DNA from: Eubacteriales bacterium
GTDB lineage: Bacteria; Bacillota; Clostridia; Oscillospirales; CAG-272
Direction of reading: 5' to 3'
NCBI GenBank assembly: GCA_045532985.1
Contig: JAZSGY010000047.1
Location: 1-58,219, forward strand
Length of the DNA: 58,219 nucleotides
The notes beneath the pieces are model-generated. The model did no database searches and had not been told where the DNA came from. It was given only the letters and a program-made list of their open reading frames with translations. A program made the translations under genes and the position numbers. This document shows positions 48,189 to 57,221 of this stretch, piece by piece (the stretch's first letter is position 1; every line of letters begins with the position of its first letter).

Positions 48189-48466
48189 AAATTTTCCTCC
48201 CGCTGGTGGAAGTCAACCGAATCGACCCGACCGAAGATTCGTACAGCACCGCTGTAATAGGTATTGCAATTGAGCGATTTGCCAAGGACAGAAATATATT
48301 CTCGACTTTTCATTTGAAGCACGATCCGATCGTCCGTATACGCAACGATCCGTCCCACACCGCACAGTAAAAGTGCAATCTGTCCGTCCGATCTGCACTC
48401 CGCTTCAACGCGTGCCGAGAATGGCGTAGGTATATGCCGTCTTTTTTCGTTTTTTTTCCTCTCCAC
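48185..48466 (-). CDS. yqfC: YabP/YqfC family sporulation protein (divergent)
   Basis: RIVAYTDDRIVL...ISVLGKSL...VRIFGRVDSVDF pattern and yqfC-yqfD synteny; start uncertain (48466 or 48484). Confidence 0.7.
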   Translation of the reverse strand: MERKKNEKRRHIPTPFSARVEAECRSDGQIALLLCGVGRIVAYTDDRIVLQMKSREYISVLGKSLNCNTYYSGAVRIFGRVDSVDFHQREENL

Positions 48467-48539
48467 GAGCCAGCCCCCTGTCATAATATCACTTTCAAAG
48501 CCGTAAGATATAACAGTTTATGAAAGGAAAAAAGTCAAG

Positions 48540-49472
48540 ATGATAAGAAACGCCAAAAAAAGTGCCGTTTATGATCTTTTGCTTATAGCGCTTTCTCTGT
48601 TTCTCTTTTTCTATATGCTTTTTTTCGCCAAGGAAACGGTAGCGGCAATGCTCGAAGGGTTATCAATCGGAACGCTTTCCGTCGTCCCCGCTCTCTTCCC
48701 ATTTATGGTGATCGCGGAGCTGTTGGCGAATTCCCCGACGCTTTCTGCCTTTTTAAAAAAGCGCGGCAGCTTGTTCTGCGCGCTCTTTTCTTTGCCCCCG
48801 GTTGGTATGATCCCTTTTTTCTTCGGTTGCCTTTGCGGCTTTCCGGTCGGGGCACGGGCGACGGCGCAGTTATTGGAGAACAAAAGCATCACGAAAAAAC
48901 AGGCAGCAAAATTACTCTGTTTTTGTAATAATACGGGGCCTGCCTTCGTAATAGCCGGAATTGGGCTCGGCTTTCTTCATTCCATTCAACACGGCGTTCT
49001 CCTCTATGCTTCGCAGATCATTGCCGCACTGATCCTTGGGATCGTTATACGCAGTAAAGACGACCGAGTAGCGCCAAGCGAAATCGCAGTACCGAAAAGC
49101 CGATCCGTGGCAGATGCGATCGCAAGCAGTGCGCTTGCTGCCGTTAAGATCATCGGCTTTATCGCATTTTTCTCCGTTATTTCTACACTTCTTGGAAAAT
49201 GCGTTAAAAACGGAGTTCTGCTTTGTATTATGTCCTCTTTTTTGGAAATTGGGGGCGCAGTAAGCCGAATTGCAGATTCCGCGTTTCCGATGCTTATAAA
49301 GCTGCTTCTATGCGCATTCGCCATCTCTTTTTCGGGGATTTCCGTGCATCTTCAAACCCATTCGGTTTTCTCGGTTTTCCCAATCGGTCGATTGAAATAC
49401 TTTGGTTTTAAGCTGCTGCACGGCATTCTCTCCGTGGCTATCACCTCCTTGCTCCTGCCGCTCTTTCTATAA
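48540..49472 (+). CDS. ylbJ: Sporulation integral membrane protein YlbJ-like
   Basis: VVPALFPFMV, CGFPVGA, FCNNTGPAF and FSGISVHLQ. Confidence 0.85.
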   Translation: MIRNAKKSAVYDLLLIALSLFLFFYMLFFAKETVAAMLEGLSIGTLSVVPALFPFMVIAELLANSPTLSAFLKKRGSLFCALFSLPPVGMIPFFFGCLCGFPVGARATAQLLENKSITKKQAAKLLCFCNNTGPAFVIAGIGLGFLHSIQHGVLLYASQIIAALILGIVIRSKDDRVAPSEIAVPKSRSVADAIASSALAAVKIIGFIAFFSVISTLLGKCVKNGVLLCIMSSFLEIGGAVSRIADSAFPMLIKLLLCAFAISFSGISVHLQTHSVFSVFPIGRLKYFGFKLLHGILSVAITSLLLPLFL

Positions 49473-49500
49473 AAAAAGAATCGGAAAAATTCCGATTCCT
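49471..49500. terminator. Terminator between ylbJ and recR
   Basis: GAATCGGAA-AAA-TTCCGATTC with an A-run on the left side. Confidence 0.65.
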
Positions 49501-50103
49501 TTAATTCATACGGCGGCGCCCCTCGACCGCGCGATGAAGCGTGATCTCGTCCGCATATTCAAGATCCCCTCCAACGGGAATACCGTACGCAAGACGCGTA
49601 ACGCTCAGATCAAAGGGCTGTAAGAGCTTGGCAATATACATAGCCGTCGCTTCCCCCTCGACCGTAGGGTTCGTGGCAACGATCACTTCACTGACGCTCC
49701 CGTTTTGTATCCGCTCCAAAAGATCTTTTATATTCAACTCGTTCGGACCGATGCCGTTGATGGGAGACAGGGTTCCGCCAAGCACGTGAAACACACCGTT
49801 AAACTCGCGAACACGCTCCATGGATAACACGTCCCTGGCATCCTCGACAACGCAGATCACTCCTTGGTCACGGCGGTCGTCGGTACAGATCGGGCAGTAT
49901 TCTCCGGTAGAAAGATTGTGGCAGATACGGCAGGTATGTATATTTTCCTTCACGCCGATGATCGCATCCGCAAATGCGCGCGCTTCCTCATCGGAAAAGC
50001 CAACGACGGAAAATGCCAGGCGTGCCGCCGTTTTTCCGCCAATACCGGGCAGCTTACGAAACTGTTCGATCAGCTGTTGGAGTGGCGCAATATACTCCGT
50101 CAT
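49501..50103 (-). CDS. recR: Recombination mediator RecR
   Basis: LPGIG.KTA.RLA, C4 zinc finger, ATNPTVEGEAT and LEYADE. Confidence 0.97.
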   Translation of the reverse strand: MTEYIAPLQQLIEQFRKLPGIGGKTAARLAFSVVGFSDEEARAFADAIIGVKENIHTCRICHNLSTGEYCPICTDDRRDQGVICVVEDARDVLSMERVREFNGVFHVLGGTLSPINGIGPNELNIKDLLERIQNGSVSEVIVATNPTVEGEATAMYIAKLLQPFDLSVTRLAYGIPVGGDLEYADEITLHRAVEGRRRMN

Positions 50104-50104
50104 C

Positions 50105-50446
50105 TCAGAACAGTCCTCCGGGCATACCGGGAATGTTCATCTGACCTGTGAGCTTCGCCATCTCCTCGTTTGAGACCTCATCAACCTTCTTGATCGCCTG
50201 ATTGACTGCCGCAACGATGATGTCCGTCATCGTTTTAATATCGTCGGGATCTACGATCTCCGGCTTAACGTCAATAGAGACCAACTCGCGGCGACCGTTC
50301 ATTTTGACCGTAACGACACCGCCGCCCGCAGAAACGTCATACTCTCTTGCCTCAAGCTCTGCCTGAAGATTTTCCATATCCTCCTGCATTTTTTTCAGCA
50401 TTTGCATGCCACCCATACCACTATTGTTAGGAACTCTGACTTTCAT
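50105..50446 (-). CDS. ybaB: YbaB/EbfC nucleoid-associated protein
   Basis: AGGGVV.V..NG...VDPDD...AAVN; dnaX-ybaB-recR synteny. Confidence 0.94.
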   Translation of the reverse strand: MKVRVPNNSGMGGMQMLKKMQEDMENLQAELEAREYDVSAGGGVVTVKMNGRRELVSIDVKPEIVDPDDIKTMTDIIVAAVNQAIKKVDEVSNEEMAKLTGQMNIPGMPGGLF

Positions 50447-50464
50447 ATATATCCTCCATAAAAC

Positions 50465-52033
50465 TTATTCAACCGAATTTAAAAGCTCGCCGAGAAGATC
50501 ATCTTCCTTCTTCTGAGAGCATTGAATTTCAAGCGCCGTGACGGTGATTTCGCCGTCGGATTCATCTTTGATATTGCGCAAAATTGCGTTGCGTACATCC
50601 TCGCGCTCCAAAAGCTCCTTGTAGAAAGCGTTTTCAACGCAGATCAAAACACGTCCGTTCTGATCGACAAGCGCGGTTGCCGAGGAAAGCGCACCGACAA
50701 GGCTTGGCTTTGCGGCAATCATTTTTTCTGCGACCTCACTGAAGCAAGAGAGCTTGCGAAACTGCGGCTTCTCCGTCGATGACACGGGAGCGGCAGCATT
50801 CACCTCTTTTTGGGGGGCGGCGACAGGGGCAGAAGCGACCGGTATTTCCTGCTGTTGCGGCATTGCCCCCGTTCCTTCGACGCGAAGTCTTGAAACCTCA
50901 TTTTCGAGCTTTACGATCCGCGAAAGCAACGCCTCGGCAGAAACGGAAAGACGCTCCTCACACATACGCGTCAAAGAAAGCTCTGCGACGGTCCGACGGG
51001 AAACACCCGGGCGCAGCATCGCAGCCTGTGCTTCTTCAAGCACGCGCGTGTGGTAAATGAGTCTTTCAAACGGGATCTTCGACGAAAGGTCAATCAACGC
51101 ACTCGCTTCGACCTCGGTCAGATCCAGATATTCACCGGCATTCGGCACGGTCGCTGCAATCAGCAGATCACGATAGAAATCCGTCAGCTCCTGCCAGAAA
51201 ACCGAAATGTCGCGCGAGGACATCGTAATATCGGCGATCTCCCTATATAGCGTAGGGTAATCCTTGTGAATGATTGAGTTTACTACACAAAAAAGAGAGT
51301 CTCTGTTACCAAGACCAAGCGTCTCTGCCGCGAGATCGGCATCGATTTTCTGTTTACGTCCTGCACAAAGCTCAAGAAGGCTCACAGCGTCACGCATACC
51401 GCCCTGTGCGGTTCGCGCAATGACGCGCGCGCCCGATTCATCAAGATCGATCGACTCAGATCCCGCAATCGTGAACAGCCGTTTCATGATCACGTCGGTG
51501 GTGAGACGGCGAAATTCGTAGCGCTGACACCTTGATATGATCGTGCTTGGCAATTTATGAAGCTCTGTCGTCGCCAGAATAAAAAGAACGTGCGACGGCG
51601 GCTCCTCCAGTGTTTTCAAAAGTGCATTGAAGGCACTGCCCGACATCATATGCACCTCGTCAATGATATAGACGCGGTAACGAAGCTCGGCGGGTGTAAA
51701 AACGATCTCCTCCTTGATATCGCGGACGTTGTCAACACCCGTATTGCTTGCGGCGTCCATTTCAATGACGTCGGTCGCCGTACCGTTATCGATGCTTCTG
51801 CATGCAGCGCAGGTATTGCAGGGATTTCCGTTTTGAGGATCAAGGCAGTTGACTGCCTTCGCTAAGATCTTCGCACAGCTGGTCTTCCCCGTTCCGCGTG
51901 AGCCGCAGAACAGATAGGCGTGGGAGGTCTTTTTTTCGGCAACCTGATATTTCAGAATATCCGTAACCTGCTCTTGTCCGCACACGTCGTCAAAATCGAG
52001 CGGGCGCCATTTTCGATACAAAGCGCGATACAT
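50465..52033 (-). CDS. dnaX: DNA polymerase III subunit gamma/tau
   Basis: MYRALYRKWRP, GSRGTGKT, IIDEVHM, LKTLEEPP and SRC; GGAGG RBS before ATG 52033. Confidence 0.97.
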   Translation of the reverse strand: MYRALYRKWRPLDFDDVCGQEQVTDILKYQVAEKKTSHAYLFCGSRGTGKTSCAKILAKAVNCLDPQNGNPCNTCAACRSIDNGTATDVIEMDAASNTGVDNVRDIKEEIVFTPAELRYRVYIIDEVHMMSGSAFNALLKTLEEPPSHVLFILATTELHKLPSTIISRCQRYEFRRLTTDVIMKRLFTIAGSESIDLDESGARVIARTAQGGMRDAVSLLELCAGRKQKIDADLAAETLGLGNRDSLFCVVNSIIHKDYPTLYREIADITMSSRDISVFWQELTDFYRDLLIAATVPNAGEYLDLTEVEASALIDLSSKIPFERLIYHTRVLEEAQAAMLRPGVSRRTVAELSLTRMCEERLSVSAEALLSRIVKLENEVSRLRVEGTGAMPQQQEIPVASAPVAAPQKEVNAAAPVSSTEKPQFRKLSCFSEVAEKMIAAKPSLVGALSSATALVDQNGRVLICVENAFYKELLEREDVRNAILRNIKDESDGEITVTALEIQCSQKKEDDLLGELLNSVE

Positions 52034-52057
52034 AAAAACCTCCGTTTGTCGTTGTAT

Positions 52058-52098
52058 AAAAAAGGAAGGCACGTAACCGAACGGATTGCGTACCTTCC
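52058..52098 (-). terminator. Terminator of the SRP RNA gene
   Basis: Minus strand GGAAGGTACGCAATCCG-TT-CGGTTACGTGCCTTCC followed by T6. Confidence 0.75.
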
Positions 52099-52119
52099 GT
52101 ATTCCGAACCCCGGAAAGA

Positions 52120-52389
52120 GCCATACACCTCAAATTCGAGCAAACCCTTATATGCGTTAACCGCCACACCTGCTCCAAACAGGCAGCCCCGCGGCACATC
52201 CGATCAGTTGCTTAATGCTGCTTGGTTCCCCACCTGACATGGTTCACAACCTCGAATTGCGCAGGACCCATTCTTCATCACAGATGAAAACGGCGCAGAC
52301 CACACAAGGATAGCCCTCAATTAAGGGATTCCCCCCTGCTATAGCGGATTTCAGGTACAGGGCGCCGCTACCTCCCCGGCTAGTATGAC
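52120..52389 (-). ncRNA. ffs: Signal recognition particle RNA, large (Bacillus/Clostridium) type
   Basis: Alu domain CTAGCCGGGGAGGTAGCGGCGCCCTGTACCTGAAATCCGCTATAGCAGGG and helix 8 GTCAGGT-GG-GGAA-CC-AAGCAGC; upstream of dnaX. Confidence 0.95.
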
Positions 52390-52420
52390 TCCGTCCGGAG
52401 TCCGGAATACGAACATATAT

Positions 52421-52449
52421 ATTGTAACACAAAAAAAGAATATATGCAA
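52421..52449 (-). promoter_or_regulatory. sigma-A promoter of the SRP RNA gene
   Basis: TTGCAT-17 bp-TACAAT with TG extension. Confidence 0.78.
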
Positions 52450-52462
52450 TAGAATTTTGAAA

Positions 52463-53182
52463 TTAAATTAAAAAACCGCCGTTCGGACTGATGATTTGTC
52501 CCGTGATGAACTCGCCGCCGTCGCCAATCAAGAAGGCAACCGTTGCCGCGATCTCCGCCGGTGTACCAAAACGGCACAGGGGCGTCTGCGCGATCAGCTC
52601 CGCACGCGTATCTTCATCAAGCATTGCATTCATCTCTGTATCGATCACACCCGGGGCGACGCAATTCACCGTAATTCCCGAGGGACCGAGCTCCTTTGCC
52701 AGCGCACGTGTAAGTCCGATCAATCCCGCCTTGGTCGTTGAGTAATGCACCTCACACGATGCGCCCGTAATTCCCCAGACAGAGGAAATATTCACGATGC
52801 GTCCGAAGTGGCGACCGATCATTCCGCGTGCGCATTCGCGCGCATAAAGGAAGGGGGCGGTCAGATTGACCGAAAGGAAACGGTTCCAATCCGCGGTGCT
52901 GATATCTGTGAAAAGCTGAAAATCGGAAATTGCCGCATTGTTAACGAGAACATCTATCTGCCCTAAAATTTCTTTTGCTTTTTCGGTGGATTTCAGGACT
53001 TCCGATTCATCCTCGGCATTTGCACAGATCGGTGTGGCGCCCGTTTCAGCTGCCAGCTTCTCTGCCTTTTCCCGCTCCTTGCAATAGGTAAACACAACAC
53101 GGTGTCCATCGTCGGTCAGCCGCTTGACCATCGCCGCGCCGATTCCGCGAGACCCACCCGTTATCAAAACTCCAAGTGCCAT
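52463..53182 (-). CDS. SDR family oxidoreductase (FabG/YmfI-like)
   Basis: TGGSRGIG, NNA and SSVWG.TGASCEV.YSTTK; start at ATG 53182 (AAGGAG RBS). Confidence 0.9.
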   Translation of the reverse strand: MALGVLITGGSRGIGAAMVKRLTDDGHRVVFTYCKEREKAEKLAAETGATPICANAEDESEVLKSTEKAKEILGQIDVLVNNAAISDFQLFTDISTADWNRFLSVNLTAPFLYARECARGMIGRHFGRIVNISSVWGITGASCEVHYSTTKAGLIGLTRALAKELGPSGITVNCVAPGVIDTEMNAMLDEDTRAELIAQTPLCRFGTPAEIAATVAFLIGDGGEFITGQIISPNGGFLI

Positions 53183-53206
53183 ATTACGCTCCTTTTTTAC
53201 TATTCT

Positions 53207-53236
53207 ATTATACCGAAAAGAGCCTATGTTTGTCAA
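53207..53236 (-). promoter_or_regulatory. sigma-A promoter of the SDR gene
   Basis: TTGACA-18 bp-TATAAT. Confidence 0.8.
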
Positions 53237-53340
53237 GTTTTTTGAATCTAAAACCGAAAATAACATTGCCTAAGACAAAAAACGGCATCATTTTTTGATT
53301 TTTTGCATAAAATACCCGTATAACAAATAAGGAGAAGCGT

Positions 53341-54054
53341 ATGTTGAATTCCATCTCAAGCTATACCGCCAACTTCGTCTTTTTGCTACTCGGCATTGGT
53401 AGCGCACAAAGCTTTCCTCCACCGCTCGGTGCCGAGAAGGAACGTCAGCTCTTTAAAAAAACAAAGGAGGGAGACTCCGCGGCGCGCGCGAGGCTGATCG
53501 AGCACAATCTGCGTCTTGTTGCCCACATCGTTCGAAAATACTATACCTCCTATCAGAATCCCGATGAATTAATCTCGATCGGCAGTCTTGGTCTGATCAA
53601 GGCAATCGATTCCTTTGACTCTAAAAACGGCGCGCGTTTTGCCACCTATGCCTCAAAATGCATTCAAAATGAGATCCTGATGTTTTTCCGAACGCAAAAA
53701 AAGCTGTCTTGCGAGGTATCGATCCACGAAACGATCGACATTGATCGCGACGGCAATCCGCTCACCTATATCGACATTATCAGCACGGCGGATACGAGTG
53801 CTGAGGATCTGGATATGAAAATACATACGGAGCGCGCCTACGAATTAATCAACCGTGTCCTTAGCGAGCGCGAGCGACAGATCATTATTCTCCGTTACGG
53901 TCTCGGTGATAAACCCCCAAAGACGCAAAGAGAGGTTGCAACAATGCTGAGGATCTCTCGTTCTTACGTGAGCAGAATCGAAAAAAAGGCACTTGAAAAA
54001 TTAAAATCAAATTTTGGGCGGTTAAAGCCAAATTTTGAAGATACGGAAGAATGA
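53341..54054 (+). CDS. sigK: Sporulation sigma factor pro-SigK
   Basis: Hydrophobic pro-sequence then SFPPPL, LIEHNLRLVAHIVRKY, DRDGN and TQREVA..L.ISRSYVSRIEK. Confidence 0.93.
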   Translation: MLNSISSYTANFVFLLLGIGSAQSFPPPLGAEKERQLFKKTKEGDSAARARLIEHNLRLVAHIVRKYYTSYQNPDELISIGSLGLIKAIDSFDSKNGARFATYASKCIQNEILMFFRTQKKLSCEVSIHETIDIDRDGNPLTYIDIISTADTSAEDLDMKIHTERAYELINRVLSERERQIIILRYGLGDKPPKTQREVATMLRISRSYVSRIEKKALEKLKSNFGRLKPNFEDTEE

Positions 54055-54061
54055 TTTCTTG

Positions 54062-54090
54062 GTATGAACTCCTCTTTTTCGTACAAACTA
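54062..54090 (+). promoter_or_regulatory. Possible forespore (SigF/SigG-type) promoter of the DUF378 gene
   Basis: GTATG...GTACAAACTA resembling the GnATA / CAnAcTA consensus. Confidence 0.4.
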
Positions 54091-54136
54091 TATGCAGCGG
54101 AAGAACTTCCGCAAGGAAAAGAAAGGAAGTTTTATC

Positions 54137-54358
54137 ATGATCGTTGATAAAATTGCTTTGATTCTCACCATCATCGGCGCCCTGAACTGGGGAAGCATCG
54201 GGCTGTTCTCCTTCGACATCGTGGCGTGGATCTTCGGTGGTCAGGGAGCGCTTGTCAGCCGTATTATTTACACGCTGGTGGCGTTGGCCGGCATCTGGTG
54301 CATCTCTCTGCTCTTTCGCTCCGACAGCGAAACGAACAGCATATCCGAACGTGACTAA
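54137..54358 (+). CDS. DUF378 (YuzA-like) small membrane protein
   Basis: DKIALILTIIGALNWG.IG...FDIV...RIIY.LV. Confidence 0.9.
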   Translation: MIVDKIALILTIIGALNWGSIGLFSFDIVAWIFGGQGALVSRIIYTLVALAGIWCISLLFRSDSETNSISERD

Positions 54359-54361
54359 GCG

Positions 54362-54398
54362 AACGCGCGGAATGTCTTCTGGCATTCTGCGCGTTTTT
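54362..54398 (+). terminator. Terminator after the DUF378 gene
   Basis: AACGCGCGGAATG/CATTCTGCGCGTT stem plus T-tract. Confidence 0.7.
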
Positions 54399-54439
54399 GT
54401 CAAAAGGGGTATTTTTTTCATTATTTTTTCAAAAAAGAC

Positions 54440-54468
54440 TTGCTTTTTCAAAAAAGATATGATATACT
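54440..54468 (+). promoter_or_regulatory. sigma-A promoter of tRNA-Ser
   Basis: TTGCTT-17 bp-TATACT with TG extension. Confidence 0.75.
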
Positions 54469-54481
54469 CTAAGAGTCGCTT

Positions 54482-54573
54482 GGAGAGATGGCTGAGCTGG
54501 TCTAAGGCGCACGACTGGAAATCGTGTAACGGCTAATACCCGTTCGAGGGTTCGAATCCCTCTCTCTCCGCCA
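54482..54573 (+). tRNA. tRNA-Ser (anticodon GGA)
   Basis: GGAGAGA/TCTCTCC acceptor stem, CACGA-CTGGAAA-TCGTG anticodon arm, long variable arm, TTCGAAT loop and encoded CCA. Confidence 0.98.
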
Positions 54574-54602
54574 AAAACCTTGTTCTTCGGAACAAGGTTT
54601 TT
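54573..54602 (+). terminator. Terminator after tRNA-Ser
   Basis: AAAAACCTTGTTC-TTCG-GAACAAGGTTTTT. Confidence 0.88.
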
Positions 54603-54652
54603 GTATTTTATTAATTTTATTATAAGAACCGAGCAAAAAGAGGAATGGACAC

Positions 54653-55522
54653 ATGAAAATCAAAAGAATCGGAAAAATCGGTTACGGACAGGACGGCGCG
54701 ATCTACGCTCAATATCTGTTTCGCTTCGATCCTACGGGCGTAGGAAGCGTTTACGATCTTCGGGGGATTGATGAGGAAAGCAGTCCGATCGGCATCTTCT
54801 CTCTTGACCCGTCGGGCAAGCTCATTCCCTGCGCGAGCTCGGTTGCGTTCGGTACGGAGTATGCGGAATCTGACGACGAGTTCCCCGCACTTTACGTGAA
54901 TGTGTATAACAACTACGCAAAAAACGATGAGCCCTTGAAGGGAGCAACCTGCGTTTACCGCATTTTGAGGGATGACGACGGTCTTTTTTCCGCTTCACTC
55001 ATCCAACTCATTGAGATTGACTTTACAGACGACGCTACGCTTTGGGAAACGTGCGAGACCATTGACGGACCGCGCCCCTCCTTCGGCAACTTCGCGATCG
55101 ACGGAGAGTACAGCAGATACTACGCCTCCGTTACGCACAACGAAATGCTTGGAACGCGGTATTTTGCCTTCGATCTGCCTGCGCTTGCCGACGGCGAATA
55201 CGATGAGAACATAGATGCCTTGCACCTTCATCTCAGTGCGAATGATATTCTGCATTACTTTGACTGTCCTTATCAGCGTTTTCTTCGAGGTACCGCACTC
55301 AAAAACGGGAAAATTTATTCACTCGAGGGTCTTGCTCTCGATCCCGCAACGCCGTCCGCTATCCGTATTATTGATCTCGCGCAGCAGCGTGAGGAGTGCT
55401 ACGTTTCCCTTGCAGATCACGGGGTTACAGGTGAGCCTAAAATGATCGGTTTTTCAGGCGATATCTGCTATTTCGGCGACAACACAGACGCACTTTACAC
55501 AATCGATCTGAACCTACCGTAA
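54653..55522 (+). CDS. Hypothetical protein, acidic and beta-rich
   Basis: 289 aa with GAGGA RBS and a downstream terminator; no family recognised. Confidence 0.75.
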   Translation: MKIKRIGKIGYGQDGAIYAQYLFRFDPTGVGSVYDLRGIDEESSPIGIFSLDPSGKLIPCASSVAFGTEYAESDDEFPALYVNVYNNYAKNDEPLKGATCVYRILRDDDGLFSASLIQLIEIDFTDDATLWETCETIDGPRPSFGNFAIDGEYSRYYASVTHNEMLGTRYFAFDLPALADGEYDENIDALHLHLSANDILHYFDCPYQRFLRGTALKNGKIYSLEGLALDPATPSAIRIIDLAQQREECYVSLADHGVTGEPKMIGFSGDICYFGDNTDALYTIDLNLP

Positions 55523-55530
55523 AGATTAAA

Positions 55531-55559
55531 AAAAGGAGCAAGGTTTTCTTGCTCCTTTT
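55531..55559. terminator. Bidirectional terminator
   Basis: AAAAGGAGCAAG-GTTTT-CTTGCTCCTTTT between convergent genes. Confidence 0.85.
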
Positions 55560-55563
55560 CTAT

Positions 55564-56118
55564 TCAGCCTTCAAGCTGTCTGCCAAGAAAGACCGCTGCC
55601 GTTTGGATCAGCTTTGCTTCCAGCTCGTCGGAGATCTTCTGCTCACTCTCTTCTTCCATATGAAGGACCGAGCATACGCATCCAACGATGTCTCCCTCGG
55701 TTATGATCGGCATAGCGCAACTAACGTAATGGCTTCCGCCGTCGTCGATCACGGTGATCCTTTGTGCGCCGCTTTTCAGCGTGTAAAGGCTTCGCCCCTC
55801 CATAACGCTTTCAAGCTCCTCTGAGAGCTTTTTTTCGTTATATTCCTTACGCGAGACGCCCGACGTTGCGATGACGGTATCTCTGTCGCAGATCACAACA
55901 GCCATCGAGCAGATCTTGTGCAAGGTTTCCGCATACTGCGAAGCAAAGGAGGCAAGCTCGCCGATCGGCGAATATTTTTTGAAGATCACTTCCCCCTCAC
56001 GGTCGGTATAGATCTCGAGAGGATCCCCCTCACGGATGCGCATGGTTCTTCTGATTTCTTTTGGTATCACTACACGACCGAGGTCGTCTATTCTTCTTAC
56101 AATTCCGGTTGCTTTCAT
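55564..56118 (-). CDS. spoVT: Stage V sporulation protein T
   Basis: MKATGIVRRIDDLGRVVIPKEIRRTMRIREGDPLEI plus GAF domain; AAGGAG RBS before ATG 56118. Confidence 0.97.
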   Translation of the reverse strand: MKATGIVRRIDDLGRVVIPKEIRRTMRIREGDPLEIYTDREGEVIFKKYSPIGELASFASQYAETLHKICSMAVVICDRDTVIATSGVSRKEYNEKKLSEELESVMEGRSLYTLKSGAQRITVIDDGGSHYVSCAMPIITEGDIVGCVCSVLHMEEESEQKISDELEAKLIQTAAVFLGRQLEG

Positions 56119-56150
56119 ATTTTTCTCCTTTTGATAGCAAATCGTGAGGT

Positions 56151-56179
56151 TAGTATCTGTCAAAAATGGAGATTTATAC
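56151..56179 (-). promoter_or_regulatory. SigG/SigF-type promoter of spoVT
   Basis: Minus strand GTATA...ACAGATACTA; spoVT is SigG-controlled in Bacillus subtilis. Confidence 0.55.
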
Positions 56180-56187
56180 TGAGTGGC

Positions 56188-56216
56188 TTTACATTTGGGC
56201 TCGCTTATGCTATAAT
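56188..56216 (+). promoter_or_regulatory. sigma-A promoter of the membrane protein gene
   Basis: TTTACA-17 bp-TATAAT with TG extension. Confidence 0.75.
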
Positions 56217-56235
56217 ACATTCGAGGTGATATTGA

Positions 56236-57198
56236 ATGAAGGGTGAATTTCTTCGAAAAAATTTCAAGAGCTGGCTCATTTTGTTATTTGTATGCGGATT
56301 GTTTTTCGTAGGGCTGTTCTTTTTTGTTTTATTTGCGGATTCGCAGGCCGGCAATGAAGTTTTTGTGTTCTTGGTCGCCGGAATTTTCTTCATTGCCATA
56401 GTCGTGCCCGCATGGCTCTTAAACTTCAACGCATTTCTTCTCATAGGCGATGGAAGGATCCTTGCAAGATACAATTGGTTTGGGAAAATCGACTGCCCTC
56501 TTTCGGACGTTGATTTTGTTTCCGCGCAATTGAACACCCTGATTCTGGAGCTGAAAGACGGAAGGCGCCATACGCTTATGGGACTGAAGAACGCTTTTGA
56601 AATCTGTTTTGAAATTCGGAAGCAATTGGATTTTGAGGCAACCGACGACCCCAAAGAGTTGTCCGAAATGCTAAGGCATCGAAAGCGTGCGGGAAAGAAA
56701 AGTATCATCGCGTTTTCGTTGTGTCTGATCCTTCTTGTTATTGATATCGCGGTTCCGATCTTTTTGATTGGAAACAAGGAATTTCACGAATTCAACACAT
56801 GGGATTGGAGCATCTTTGGGGCTATGTGTGCAGCACTCCTACCTTCCTTCATTATATTTTTCATTTTCGCCATAAAAGCCAGAAAATATCTCCTCCCCAC
56901 AGCCAAGCTACTCTATACGCTGAACAGAACGATGATCGAAACGACCCCGCTTCTTCCGGGGCGAGTGATGAAGATCTATGCAGACGACAGCTTCAACGGA
57001 CGCATCGTGATTTTCAATGCAGAGACTGAGGATTACGTTTATTATTCGGTTGAAAGAATGAATTCCGAATACGTACTGGAGCATCTTTATACGTCGGACT
57101 TTATCAAGCGCGAAGAATTTTCCGAGGATCATTTTTCAGGATTGATCGATATCACGGACAGGATGCTCAAAACAAATGGCTCGACCCCTCCGCAATAG
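56236..57198 (+). CDS. Hypothetical membrane protein (4 predicted TM segments)
   Basis: GAGGTG RBS; two hydrophobic hairpins separated by a soluble domain; own promoter and terminator. Confidence 0.8.
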   Translation: MKGEFLRKNFKSWLILLFVCGLFFVGLFFFVLFADSQAGNEVFVFLVAGIFFIAIVVPAWLLNFNAFLLIGDGRILARYNWFGKIDCPLSDVDFVSAQLNTLILELKDGRRHTLMGLKNAFEICFEIRKQLDFEATDDPKELSEMLRHRKRAGKKSIIAFSLCLILLVIDIAVPIFLIGNKEFHEFNTWDWSIFGAMCAALLPSFIIFFIFAIKARKYLLPTAKLLYTLNRTMIETTPLLPGRVMKIYADDSFNGRIVIFNAETEDYVYYSVERMNSEYVLEHLYTSDFIKREEFSEDHFSGLIDITDRMLKTNGSTPPQ

Positions 57199-57221
57199 GA
57201 CCTAAATAGCTTGAATTGAAC

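Noticed and set aside
50804-50818. Possible dnaX -1 frameshift site (C6-A5-G run on the minus strand)
   Set aside because: Read in frame as GCC CCC CAA AAA GAG, it does not form an X XXY YYZ slippery heptamer
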